Assembly (NCBI GenBank): GCA_032718475.1
Contig: JAUCBJ010000876.1
Coordinates: 1 to 48,983 of the forward strand
From: Nemertoderma westbladi
Lineage: Eukaryota; Animalia; Xenacoelomorpha
DNA: 48,983 bases
Direction of reading: 5' to 3'
The position numbers and the translations under genes are program-made. The notes under the pieces are model-generated. The model saw nothing but the letters and a program-made list of their open reading frames with translations, searched no databases and was not told where the DNA came from. Positions 1-12,693 of the stretch are shown piece by piece; within the stretch, counting starts at the first letter, position 1; each line of letters begins with the position of its first letter.

Positions 1-180
1 AGTCCCATAGACGCAATGATAAAATAGCAGCTGGAGTTAATGACCCCTTAATGACCTGTCTCATGAACATATATCTGTCTACTATAATAATACATTGGAA
101 TTATCAATCCCCCTTATTTAAAAAATAAGAAATTGTATACTGTAGTTTTTGTAAAAACACTAGCTACCATAAAAATTTAT

Positions 181-299
181 TTTACTCGCGATATTTTCGA
201 TATTTTTCATCTTGCGATATTTTTACTCTCGATATTTTTACTCTCGATATTTTTACTCGCGATATTTTTACTCTCCATATTTTTACTCGCGATATTTTT
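181..299. repeat. 15-bp tandem repeat (GATATTTTTACTCKC)
   Basis: About 7 imperfect copies; source of the LSIFL repeat in ORF 133-354. Confidence 0.85.
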
Positions 300-414
300 C
301 AAGTCTAAATTATTTTCACCAATACTAACAACAACGACCTATACTAAGCTATAACAATGAAATACAGTGCTATACCGACCTATGCAATACAGAGTTATCC
401 CGAACTACACATTA

Positions 415-1160
415 ATTTAGATCCTGGAAGCGAACTTAGATCCTAACCACGAACTTACTCCTGGAAGCGAGCATCCTAGATACGAACTTAGATCCGAAAG
501 CAACGTGAACATAGATTCTGGATGTGAACATAGATCCTGGAAGCGAACTTAAAACTAGATTAGATCCTGAAAGCTAACATATCTTAGATGTGAACTTAGA
601 TCCTGGAAGCGAACTTAGATCCTAGATATGAACTTAGATCCTGAAAGCAAACTTAGATCCTAGATATGAACTTAGATCTTGGAAGCGAACTTAGATCCTG
701 GAAGCGAACTTAGATCCTGGAAGCGAACTTAGATCCTAGATACGAACTTAGATCCGAAAGCAACGTGAACATAGATCCTAGATGTGAACATAGATCCTGG
801 AAGCGAACTTAAAACTAGATTAGATCCTGAAAGCTAACAGATCTTAGATGTGAACTTAGATCCTGGAAGCGAACTTAGATCCTAGATACGAACTTAGATC
901 CGAAAGCAACGTGAACATAGATCCTAGATGTGAACATAGATCCTGGAAGCGAACTTAAAACTAGATTAGATCCTGAAAGCTAACAGATCTTAGATATGAA
1001 CTTAGATCTTGGAAGCAACACGATCTCTGATACTACTGTAGATGAGAACATAGATCCTATACACGAACTTAAATCATAGATGCGAACTTAGATCCGGGAA
1101 ACGAACTTAGATCCTAAGCACGAACTTAGATCCTGAAAACGAACTTAGATCCTGGAAACG
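415..1160. repeat. 19-bp satellite (GAACTTAGATCCTGGAAGC) with a higher-order block
   Basis: Many diverged 19-mers; a multi-unit block recurs at ~480, ~740 and ~888. Confidence 0.9.
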
Positions 1161-1179
1161 ACGTAGTGAATCATATTGA

Positions 1180-1550
1180 TCGAGCCGAATAGAAAGAACT
1201 GATCAAGCCGAGTCGAGCCCAATCAAGCCGGACTGAGCCCAATCGAGCCGAGTCGAGCCAGACTGAGCCGAATAGCCCAAGGAGTCGAGTCGAGTCCAAT
1301 CAAGCCTTGTCGAGCCCAATTGAGCCGGACCGAGCCGAGTTGAGCCCAATCGAGCAGAGTCGCGGCCAATCGAGCCGAGTCAAGCCAAGTCGAGCAGATT
1401 GAGCCGAGTCGAGCCCAATTGAGCCAGACCGAGCCGATTTAACCGAATCGAGTCGGACCGAGTCTAGTCGAGCCCAATCGAGTCGAGTCGAGCCATGGCC
1501 TACTTAAATATTATATTTAAGTAGGCCATGGTCGAGCCGAACCGATCCAA
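1180..1550. repeat. 5-bp-period satellite (GAGCC/GAGTC/CAATC)
   Basis: Degenerate pentamer array in the 3' region of the HINE-like unit. Confidence 0.9.
1494..1530. mobile_element. 37-bp P-element-like remnant or excision footprint
   Basis: CATGGCCTACTTAAATA-TTA-TATTTAAGTAGGCCATG: perfect 17-bp arms, CATGG termini, flanked by direct GTCGAGC (1487-1493, 1531-1537). Confidence 0.6.
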
Positions 1551-2702
1551 TCGTAGTCTCTTAGTTTGAAATCTAATATCGCCTCAGCTGAATTACTCTT
1601 CCCAATGCAATCTATGGGAATATCTCACTCTGCTAATGTAAGCTGAATGACTGTTAAGTACACAGTGAGTTGGCTACATTAATGCCAACATTATTGCAAA
1701 ATGTTTTATTGTTGGATTACTCTCTGTCAGTCTCCCCTTCAGAACATTGTATAGGGAATTTACTTTAGTTTACTCTACTGTGCCATTCAGCTGAATGGAT
1801 TTGAGCGATTGCCAAGTACAGAGTTGGATCATTCTAGGAACCATAGGCAAAGACATCAAATCTTTTTTAAAATATACTTTTTCCATGTTTTTTTTCTGAC
1901 CAAAAATTTCAAAAAAAAAATTTTTTGTAGCCAGTACTGCCAATCGATTCGCCATCAAAAATAACGCAAAAATGTTTTTTTGCAAAATTTTAAATTACTG
2001 TAAATTTTTGGCGACTGGGGGGGGGGTCAATTACATCATAAGCTGATTGCTCTCTCAATATCCCTCACACACTCACTGAATCGAATGTAATCGAATATCT
2101 ATTAGCTTAATGCGAATAGCTGGTAAGCTGAATGCCATTTTAGTTATTGTGTAGGCCTACTACTGTTGACTGTAGAGTAGACTGCTATGTTGCATGTATT
2201 TAATTAAAATAATTTTCGTAGAGGGAAGTTAATTTGGGATTACTCTCTATCAGATGTAAGCAAAGCTGTTCAATGGGGTGGGTCATGGGACCCAAATATA
2301 GTACATTATGCATGGCAACGATTTCTGATATAATTAAAATACAAATTGATTTATTTTTATTTTATATCTATTTTATTGATAAAATAATAATATGATTTTA
2401 CCGAATTTCATTTACCCCGTTGGGGAGTGTATATTATTATATTATTATTAAAATACAAGAGAGGGGCTTGTTTAGATATATGTAGTTGCGCCCTTCGAGC
2501 AGCACGTGAGTTAATCAAATATTATACACAATGTTTGACTTTGTCCCTTCTAGCAGCACGTGAGTTTTGCTTTGACCCTTGATATATGATGTTGCGCCCT
2601 TCGAGTAGCACGTGAGTTACATCAAATAATAGACACACTGTTTGACTTTGTCCCTTCGAGCAGCTCGTGAGTTTGGCTTTGACCCTTCCAGCAGCGTGTG
2701 TC

Positions 2703-3495
2703 AATCGAGCCGAATCATACTGATCGAGCCGAATAGAACCAATCGAGGCGATCAAGCCGAGTCGAGCCCAATCGAGCCGGGTCAAGCCGAACGGAGCCGA
2801 GTTGAGCCCAATCAAGCCTAGTCGAGCCAGACTGAGGCGAGGCAAGCCCAATCGAGTCGAGCCGAGCCCAATAGAGCTGAGTCGAGCCCAATCAATCCTA
2901 GTCGAGCCTAATTGAGCCGGACCGAGCCAAGTCGAGCCAAATCGAGCCAGACTGAGCCAAGTTGAGACAATCGAGCCGAGTCAAACCCAATCAATCCCAA
3001 TCGAGCCGAGTCGAGCGGATTGAGCCCAATTGAGCCAAGTCGAGCCAGACCGAATTGAGTCGAACCCAATCGAGCCGATTGAGCCGAATCGAGCTGAGTC
3101 GACTCAGACTGAGCCGAGCCCAATTGAGCCGTGTCACGCCAAATTGAGCCGGACTGAGTCGAGTCGAGCCCAATCAAGCCGAGTCGAGCCCAATTGAGCC
3201 GTGTCACGCCAAATTGAGCCAGACTGAGTCGAGTCGAGCCCAATCAAGCCGAGTCGAGCCCAATCGAATCGAGCCAAATAGAGCCGATTCGAGCCAAATC
3301 AAGCCTAAGTCGAGCCGGACTGAGCCAAGTTGAGCCAAATCAAGCCGAGTCAAGCCCAATCAAGCCGATTGAGCCGAATCGAGATGTGTCAAGTCGAGCC
3401 CAATCAAGCCGAGTCTAGCCCAATCGAGCCAAACCGAGCCGATCAAGCCAAGTCGAACTGAATCGAGCCCAATCGTGCCAGACAGAGCCGAGCTC
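2703..3495. repeat. 5-bp-period satellite (GAGCC/GAGTC/CAATC)
   Basis: Same pentamer family; closely paralogous to 5670-6510. Confidence 0.9.
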
Positions 3496-3558
3496 ATTGT
3501 CTCTTTCATTTGAAATAAAAAGTCGGTTCCTTATCGGGCCGCTAGGCCCGTCACTAGT

Positions 3559-6500
3559 CAGGAACCGAGAGGTTCATTACTGTAAGAATTGTTGGCTGAT
3601 TGACTGGCTGACTGGCTAATCTATAGCCAAAACTACTCTAACGATTTTGATGAAATTTTCACAGCGGCTGGATACCGCGATTCTAAGGTCCCTGGTATAA
3701 TCTATAGCCAAAACTACTCTAACGATTTTGATGAAATTTTCACAGCGGCTGGATACCGCGATTCTAAGGTCCCTGGTATGTTCCGCTATTTCGTCCATGA
3801 GCCGTGGGCTCGAAAAATAGACATAAACTAAAAAACGCCATAGGCGCAATGATAAAAACACCAGCTGGCACTCATGAAAAATGGATAGAGATAGCCTAGT
3901 AATGCTATTCTATAGGAATGGCCACCTAACAAGGAAATGCTTTCTCTGCCAAGTATTATCCTCACTCTACAACTCAGACAGTAAGCAAACAAAAGCCGTG
4001 GGATTCTGATGTATTACATCATAAGCTGATTGCTCTCCCAATAGCCCTCACACACTCACTGAATCCAATGAAATCGAATATCTATTAGCTTAATGCGAAT
4101 AGCTGGTAAGCTGAATGCCATTTTAGTTATTGTGTAGGCCTACTACTGTTGACTGTAGAGTAGACTGCTATGTTGTATGTATTTAATTAAAATAATTTTC
4201 GTAGAGGGAAGTTAATTTGGGATTACTCTCTATCAGATGTAAGCAAAGCTGTTCAATGAGGTGGGTCATGGGACCCAAATATAGTACATTAAGCATGGCA
4301 ACGATTCCTGATATAATTAAAATACAAATTGATTTATTTTTATTTTTATTTTTATTTTATATCTATTTTATTGATAAATAATAATATGATTTTACCGAAT
4401 TTCATTTACCCCGTTGGGGAGTGTATATTATTATATTATTATTAAAATACAAGACAGGGGCTTGTTTCGATATATGTAGTTGCGCCCTTCGAGCAGCACG
4501 TGAGTTAATCAAATAATAATAGACACACTGTTTGACTTTGTCCCTTCGAGCAGCACGTGAGTTTTGCTTTGACCCTTCGATATATGATGTAGCGCCCTTC
4601 GAACAGTACGTGAGTTACATAAAATAATAGACATACTGTTTGACTTTGTCCCATATTTTTATATATACAAAATACAATACATATACGTATATATATATAT
4701 ATATATATAATTGAACTCAACCTACAGTACAATCTAATAATACCAACTATACGTATATATAATACAGGTCTTCTGTATTGTATATATGTATATACAGTAT
4801 ACTGTGTATCACCATACAATATTATATTCTAAGGACCTAATATTTACTTTGAATATTGTAGTTATTAGTAAATTTCAGGAATGATGTATTTTTGATGCGT
4901 TATGTCTCTGCCATAATGCATATTATGAATGATATATACCTACATTATTATATATACATTTGAATGTATAAATTGTAAATATATATATATATATATATAC
5001 TGTAGTACAATGTTCTTTTCTTATACAGTAGTCTACATCTTTTCAGTTTAAATTTTTTGATGTACATATGTGCATCATGTGCATGTATTTAATTAAAATA
5101 ATTTTCGTAGAGGGAAGTTAATTTGGGATTACTCTCTATCAGATGTAAGCAAAGCTGTTCAATGGGGTGGGTCATGGGACCCAAATATAGTACATTATGC
5201 ATGGCAACGATTTCTGATATAATTAAAATACAAATTGATTTATTTTTATTTTTATTTTTATTTTATATAAAATAAAATATAAAATAGATATAATTAAAAT
5301 ACAAATTGATTTATTTTTATTTTTATTTTATATCTATTTTATTGATAAAATAATAATATGATTTTACCGAATTTCATTTACCCCGTTGGGGAGTGTATAT
5401 TATTATATTATTATTAATATTTCGATATTATTAATATTTCGATATATGTCGTTGCGCCCTTCGAGCAGCACGTGAGTTAATCTAATATTAGACACAATGT
5501 TTGACTTTGTCCCTTCTAGCAGCACGTGAGTTTTTGCTTTGACCCTTGATATATGATGTTGCGCCCTTCGAGCAGCATGTGAGTTACATCAAATAATAGA
5601 CACACTGTTTGACTTTGTCCCTTCGAGCAGCAAGTGAGTTTGGCTTCGACCCTTCCAGCAGCGTGTGTCAATCGAGCCGAATCATACTGATCGAGCCGAA
5701 TAGAACCAATCAAGGCGATCAAGCCGAGTCGAGCCCAATCGATTCGAGTCAAGCCGAACGGAGCCGAGTTGAGCCCAATCAAGCCTAGTCGAGCCAGACT
5801 GAGGCGAGGCAAGCCCAATCGAGTCGAGTCGAGCCCAATAGAGCCGAGTCGAGCCAAATCAATCCTAGTCGAGCCTAATTGAGCCGGACCGAGCCAAGTC
5901 GAGCCCAATCGAGCCAGACTGAGCCAAGTTGAGACAAATCGAGCCGAGTCAAGCCCAATCAATCCCAATCGAGTCGAGTCGAGCGGATTGAGCCCAATTG
6001 AGCCAAGTCGAGCCAGACCGAGCCGAGTCGAACCCAATCGAGCCGATTGAGCCGAATCGAGCTGAGTCGACTCAGACCGAGCCGAGCCGAGTCCAATTGA
6101 GCCGTGTCACGCCAAATTGAGCCGGACTGAGTCGAGTCGAGCCCAATCAAGCCGAGTCGAGCCCAATCGAATTGAGTCGAGCCAAATAGAGCTGAGTCGA
6201 GCCCAATCAAGCCTAAGTCGAGCCCAATCGAGCCGGACTGAGCCAAGTTGAGCCAAATCAAGCCGAGTCAAGCCCAATAATCCCAATCGAGCCGATTCGA
6301 GCCCAATCGAGCCGAGTCGAGCACAATCGAGCCAATTCGAGCCAAGTCGAGCCGGACCGAGCCGAGTCAAACCCAATCAAGCCGATTGAGCCGAATCGAG
6401 ATGTGTCAAGTCAAGTCCAATCAAGCCGAGTCTAGCCCAATCGAGCCAAACCGAGCCGATCAAGCCAAGTCGAACTGAATCGAGCCCAATCGTGCCAGAC

Positions 6501-6575
6501 CAAGCCGAGCTCATTGTCTCTTTTATTTGAAATAAAAAGTCGGTTCCTTATTGGGCCGCTAGGCCCGTCACTAGT
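3559..6575 (+). mobile_element. Helentron/HINE-like element, unit 2
   Basis: 5' subTIR AGGAACCGA (3560-3568) inside hairpin GAACC-GAGA-GGTTC, then CTGA/CTGG microsatellite and core CGATTTTGATGAAATTTT (core tandemly duplicated, ~81 bp). 3' TCGGTTCCT, hairpin and CTAGT (6571-6575). Confidence 0.8.
5670..6510. repeat. 5-bp-period satellite (GAGCC/GAGTC/CAATC)
   Basis: Degenerate pentamer array just before the 3' subTIR. Confidence 0.9.
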
Positions 6576-8757
6576 TAGGAACCGAGAGGTTCATTACTGT
6601 AAGAATTGTTAGCTGACTGGCTGACTGGCTGGCTGACTGATCTACAGCCAAAACTGCTCTAACGATTTTGATGAAATTTTCACAGCGGCTAGATACCGCG
6701 ATTCTAAGGTCCCTGGTATGTTCCGCTATTTCGTCCATGAGCCGTGGGCTCGAAAAATAGACATAAACGAAAAAACGCCGTAGGGGCAATGGTAAAATAA
6801 CACCCATGACAGCTGGTGTCATGATGAAAAATGGCTTATGTAATGGATTTCTACACAAGGCTTAGTATAAATCGATGAGGTTGCCAAGAATATTGTACTT
6901 AGTACACCCATACTGTTTGTTTAGGCCCTAGGACACTCTGTCAAAGCAAATATTAACTGGTTGGTTTAGTTAATCGCCTCAGCTGAATTACTCTTCCCAA
7001 TGCATTCTATGCGAATATCTCCCTCTGCTAATGTAAGCTGAATGACTTTAGTACACAGTGTGTTGGCTACATTAATGCCAACATTATTGCAAAATGTTTT
7101 ATTGTTGTATTACTCTCTGTCAGTCTCCCCTTCAGAACATTGTATAGGGAATTTACTTTAGTTTACTCTACTGTGCCATTCAGCTGAATGGATTTGAGCG
7201 ATTGCCAAGTACAGAGTTGGATCATTCTCTGACCATAGGCAAAGACATCAAATCTTTTTAAGAATATACTTTTTCCATGTTTTTTTTTCTGACCAAAAAT
7301 TTCAAAAAAATTTTTTCGTAGCCAGTACTGCCAATCGATTCGCCATCAAAAATAACGCAAAAAAATTTTTTTGCAAAATTTTAAATTACTGTAAATTTTT
7401 GGCGACTGGGGGGGGTAAATTTTTTTCGATCCGCTATAACTCCGGAACGCTTTGTCCAAATTCGATGGGGTTTTCATTTTTCAACTTAATTCGATGTCCT
7501 CTTTCAGCCCATCCATGTTTCGAAACCCCAAACAGCGCCGTTCAAAAATTAATTTTTTCTAGTTCTACAATTTTACAAATTTCAAAAAAGTTGCAGTATT
7601 TTATTAACGCCTTTACGGAATTCGATAGCGTTTTCGATTTTTATATTAAACGCAATATCCTGAATCTCAATAGCCTAGTTTCGCGTCACCAATGCCAATA
7701 CTTCATACTTTTTGAGGAAAATTTTTCTAGAATAATTTTTATTTAATTACATTTATCGCGATTTCTTATTACTGGTTGCACATGAACTGATGGAGTTTTC
7801 AATTTATTAACTAAACACGATATCGCGAATCGCACCAGCGTGGTTTCGAAATTCCAAAACGAGGTCTTCACCCGAATGGAGCCGAGTTGAGCCCAATCAA
7901 GCCGAGCAAGCCAGACTGAGCCGAGTCAAGCCCAATTGAGTCGATTCGAGCCCAATAGAGCCGAGTAGAGCCCAATCAATCCTAGTCGAGCCCAATTGAG
8001 CGGGACCGAGCCAAGTCGAGCCCAATCGTGCCAGACTGGGCCAATTTGAGCCAAATCGAGCCGAGTCAAGCCCAATCAATCCCAATCGATTGAGTCGAAT
8101 CAAGCCCAATTGAGCCAAGTCGAGCCGGACCGAGCCGAGTCGAACCCAATCGAGCCGATTGAGCCGAATCAAGCTGAGTCGACTCAGACCGAGCCGAGCA
8201 GAACCCAATCGAGACGAGTCGAGCCGTGTCACGCCAAATTGAGCCGGACTGAGTCGAGTCGAGACCATTCAAGCCGAGTCGAGCCCAATCGAGCTGAGTC
8301 GAGCCGGACGGAGCCGAGTTGAGCATAATCAAGCCGAGTCGAGCCAGACTGAGCCGAGTTAAGCCCAATCGAATCGAGTCGAGCCCAATAGAGCCGAGTC
8401 GAGCCCAATCAAGCCTAGTCGAGCCCAATCGAGCCGGACTGAGCCAAGTTGAGCCAAATCGAGCCGAGTCAACCCCAATCACTCCCAATCGAGCCGATTC
8501 GAGCCGAGTCGAGCCCAATCGAGCCGATTCGAGCCCAACCGAGCTGAGTCGAGACCAATCGAGCCGATTGAGCCGAATCGAGCTGAGTCGAGTCGAGCCC
8601 AATCAAGCCAAGTCGAGCCCAATCGAGCCAAACCGAGCCGATCAAGCCAAGTCGAACTGAATCGGGCTCAATCATGCCGGACCGAGCCGAGCTCGTTGTC
8701 TCTTTTATTTGAAATGAAAAGTCGGTTCCTTATCGGGCCGCTAGGCCCGTCACTAGT
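6576..8757 (+). mobile_element. Helentron/HINE-like element, unit 3
   Basis: AGGAACCGA at 6577-6585; 3' TCGGTTCCT, CGGGCC-GCTA-GGCCCG hairpin and CTAGT at 8753-8757. Confidence 0.8.
7875..8693. repeat. 5-bp-period satellite (GAGCC/GAGTC/CAATC)
   Basis: Degenerate pentamer array just before the 3' subTIR. Confidence 0.9.
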
Positions 8758-9798
8758 TAGCAAGTCGTTAGACTTGATTACTGTAAGAAAAAAAAGCTAC
8801 TGACTACTGGCTACTGGCTACTGACCTAGAGCAAAAACGGCTCTAACGATTTTGATGAAATTTTGCATGGACCATGAAAATGGATTTCTAAGGGTACTTG
8901 TGAAATCGCGGTTTAAATTGAAACATCTCAACTTGTTTTATTTCGAAAAATAGCCCCAAAACACTAAAATTGCCATAGGCGCAATGATAAAACACCAGCT
9001 GGCACTCATGAAAAATGTATAGAGATGGCCTGGTAATGCATTCAATAGGAAGGCCAACTAACAAAGAAGTACTTTGTGTGCAAGTTTTATTATCACTCTA
9101 CTATACAACCCAGACAGTAAGCAAACATTAATTTGTTTAACTGGCTATTACAGTTTCAGCTGAATAACTCTTCCCAATGCATCCTTGCTATGTTAATTAA
9201 TTGGCGTGCAAGCTAAATGACTGTTAGTTAAACAGTGTGTTGGCTACACAGTGTATTGTACTATGCTCTCATCGCATTATTGTTTTATTTTGAAATCTTT
9301 GTGCCAACATTAAAACTGTGGAGGCTGTATGCTTATAAGGCTGAATATTTACTCAGCCTCAAAATGATTCTCCATAAGGCTAACATTATTATTTGAAATA
9401 TAAAAATCAAGAACAAATAAAAAAAAATAAATAAAAAAATAAGAACGAATTTGTCTTATCACTTCTTGTGCGCGATTATATTGAATTCATGACAACTGCT
9501 GTTATTGTTATTCATCAATTGACACCTCGACTCCTCTCTGAGACTCCGACTACTCTACCCGATAGAATAAAATAATCATTTCGCTAACTGCTCTCTATCT
9601 TCTATAATCACAACAGCTTTTATAATTCATTAGATGATTACAACGGAATAATTATAGTTTGAAGTTGTCTAGAAAAATTTTCGTACACCACCGGGACTAC
9701 CCTCACACTAATTTATTATCAGACAGAACAAAAAGATTTTACTTGACTCGTACTGTCTCCTACGACTTGCTTCACGGGCTGCTAGGCCCGTCTCTAGT
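8758..9798 (+). mobile_element. Helentron/HINE-like element, unit 4 (different subTIR subfamily)
   Basis: 5' AGCAAGTCGT (8759-8768) with hairpin CAAGTC-GTTA-GACTTG. Its reverse complement ACGACTTGCT is at 9762-9771, followed by CGGGCT-GCTA-GGCCCG and CTAGT (9794-9798). Same core as units 2-3. Confidence 0.8.
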
Positions 9799-9801
9799 AT
9801 A

Positions 9802-11625
9802 TTACACCACAGTTATTCTTCAACCATATAGTGATTTATTTGTACTGTTAGAAAGCTGGCCATACAAGGATTCCAAATATGTAACACAATCTGTATTTCG
9901 TCGTAAAATAGATGTGATTATGAGCGTTCTAAAGTTGCATGGTTTTGCATCAGCTGCGCAGGCCTATTTTATTATATTTAATAAATACACCATATTCTAG
10001 AACATTTTGTTTAAATATGAATAGCTACGTATTATTGTTATTAGTACTGGGTAGAAAAATAAAACAGAATGGAATTCACACCAAAAGACGTATCTATATA
10101 ACATAAACTACTGTAACTCATTATTTTATTCAGTGCACTACTACTACTAGGATCGGCACGCTGCATTGCAGCTGCATTTTTAAGAATGCTGTGCCGGCTT
10201 ATCGAGAAAATTGCACCGCCACAACTCCCTATCACCCATGAGATTTGCTAGATCATCCGCATCTTCAAGGCCAGTGTCCTTTAAGATGCGTCTCAAGAAA
10301 GTCATGGGCTGTCCACCATGCTTATTCACTCCATGAGGCTGCCAAAGTACAAGATTATGCACTGGCTGGTCCTCACGGCGAAAGCAATGTCCTGCAAAGC
10401 GGAGGCGGTTTTGTTCTAGTGTCAAGCTTGGGGGAACAAATGAGACACCTCCAATGTTATATAGTGTCTGGTTGGAGATGTGTGCATTGAACTTGACACA
10501 ATGAACCCGGCGTAGCATTCTTGTGAATGTGTCGTCCATAAATTTGGTGTCCTCAGCAGTTAGAGCCCAGCATGGACTCCCATAGAGGAGTACTGGAACT
10601 ACTGCTCCTCTAAATAACCGGACCTTAAGTTTCCGATTAATTCTAGGTGACTTCCAAATCCTGGAAAGCCTATTCAAGGCTGCCCTTGCCTTTCCCTTAC
10701 GTATTCGAAGGTCCTCCCTCACCTGACTTCCGGATCCTTGATCCCAGGTAACAGAAGTCATCCACATGCTCAAGCATACCATCTTTTGAGCTTATGCTCA
10801 AGCATACCATCTTTTGAGCTTATGCTCATCCGATCAGAGACTTGCTGAGGACTTTCAAATTTAACTGTCAAAATTTTGGTCTTTCTGGAGTTAATAAAAA
10901 GACCAACACTAGAAGCAGCATGTTCTAATGAGCTGAGGAGCCGTTGGGCTCCCTCTAGTGATTCTGAGAGTACTCCTAAGTCATCAGCAAAGTCTAGATC
11001 AGTTAGGTACTTGGCAGGATTTCCTCGACTTGTGGAGCCAGTAGGTGGAGTTATCATCACCCCATCATCATTAATCATCATCATCGTGTATTAATAAATA
11101 CACCATATTCTAGAACATTTTGTTTAAATATGAATAGCTACGTATTATTGTTATTAGTACTGGGTAGAAAAATAAAACAGAATGGAATTCACACCAAAAC
11201 ACGTATCTACTATATAACATAAACTACTGTAACTCATTATTTTATTCAGTGCGCAAGCGCTGATATATGCGCATGTTATACCTATTATGGATCTTCATAA
11301 TTAAACCGCCGGTGGAATCCGGATATGAAATGAAAATTAGCATAATTAAAGAGGTATTGCATCGTTGTCCATAGCTACGTAATGGAATAAACAAGATGTT
11401 CCAGAATATGTTGTATTTATTAAATATAATAAAACCGCCTCACGCAGTTGCAAAACCATGCAAATTTTAAACGCTCATATCTCATCTATTATTCAACGAG
11501 ATTCAGTGTGTTCATATTTGGAATCCTTGTATGGCCAGCTTTCTAACAGTGCAAACAAATAACTATAAGGTTGAAGAATAACTTCTGTGTAACTGGTGCA
11601 ATTTCATCGGAGACACCTTTTTCAA
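9802..11625. mobile_element. Palindromic MITE with ~200-bp imperfect inverted arms, interrupted by an RTE insertion
   Basis: 9802-10012 is the diverged reverse complement of ~11388-11592 (AGAAAGCTGGCCATACAAGGATTCCAAATATG / CATATTTGGAATCCTTGTATGGCCAGCTTTCT). Related sequence at ~37250-37315. Confidence 0.75.
10137..11090 (-). mobile_element. 5'-truncated RTE-clade LINE (RT C-terminal half), frameshifted
   Basis: LTDLDFADDL...VGLFINSRKTK and RIRKGKARAALNRLSRIWKS...VLLYGSPCW are RTE-type motifs. (TAG)n tail at 10137-10149. A 28-bp tandem duplication at ~10766-10821 breaks the frame. Flanked by a ~160-bp direct repeat. Confidence 0.9.
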
Positions 11626-12616
11626 CACTTGTAGCTAAAGATTGAAAGCAAAAATAAAAATTCGGACTCACCGACAGGTTGAAGGGAGTTGAGTGAAACT
11701 ATATCCATGTTAAAGTTCATTTGTATATTTTTTTTCTCTGGGGGGTACCAGCAGATACCAGAAATACGATACTATATTCCAAGACCTGGTGTAATTATAA
11801 GTGTATGATGTATGTATGTATGGTATGACATGTAAGAAGTGATCCATCTGATTGCTGCAGTAATTTCCTCAGGAATCCCATATAACACTATATACATCCT
11901 GTTCTAGATTTATTAAATAATATTTCCATTTTCTAATAAAATTATTATTTTGTCTGTAAATACGTTGATGTAAGCAGCCGGTAGCAGTAGTACAATATTT
12001 GCTATTTTGCAATGATTAGTCACGGACTTCGTAATGTCTTAGTGTATCCCAGCTTTGATATCCGTGAGTCAGAATATCAACTCATTCCGAGAACAAACTA
12101 TGCCCTTGAGGGAAGGCAACTTCAGACGGCGTCTGCTTGCACTATAAAGCATGGCGGTTTGTTCCTTTGATGTTGGAGACACTTTGTTACTTTGTACATT
12201 ATACTGGCACTAATTCTGGCACTACTAGTAAGGGTAATAACAGGTAACAGGGCAGTACCTAATGTCCTAATCAATGTTTCTATTATAATAATAATTAATT
12301 GTATACAATGCCTGCCTGTCTGTACTCTATCGCAGCCAATAAGATAGGCTTATACGCTTTATTCACCTGCGGGCTTAAAATAAGCAAAGAATATATTTAA
12401 TCCAATGTAAATTTTGGAACATAATAAATTGTTGTTTTACTACGAAACAGGAAAATTGTGAAACCAATATTAACATAATGTGTTCCAGGATTTATATTAC
12501 GTATTATGGGGTGTGTTTTGTTTACTAAAACTGAGTGGCACAGAAATGCTAGCAATTATACCTTTGAATCGATAACTGCTAATAAAGGCTAGACATACAC
12601 TATTGAGGATTAATAA

Positions 12617-12693
12617 TTATATGTATAGGCCTGAGTAGTCAAACTTAAGATTATTACCCCTCCTAAAGCTTTGCAGCTTATTTCCAAGCCAAC
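12617..12693 (-). CDS. Candidate exon of an unidentified gene (GWLGNKLQSFRRG..., then either a donor at 12657 or a stop at 12617)
   Basis: Strong acceptor TTTTATATTTGTTTCAG; open in the phase required by candidate exon 14008-14080. No homology recognised. Confidence 0.3.

Larger units (their letters stand above)
1..3558 (+). mobile_element. Composite non-autonomous Helentron/HINE-like element(s), 5' end outside the window
   Basis: Ends in subTIR TCGGTTCCT (3523-3531), hairpin CGGGCC-GCTA-GGCCCG (3535-3550) and CTAGT (3554-3558). The first ~35 bp resemble the internal segments at ~3838 and ~8972. Segment 1578-2020 recurs at ~6973-7415. Confidence 0.7.

Noticed and set aside
2522-8675. Many ORFs rich in LARLGSIG/EPSRAE peptides
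   Set aside because: Translations of the 5-bp satellite, open in several frames on both strands, mostly without ATG starts.
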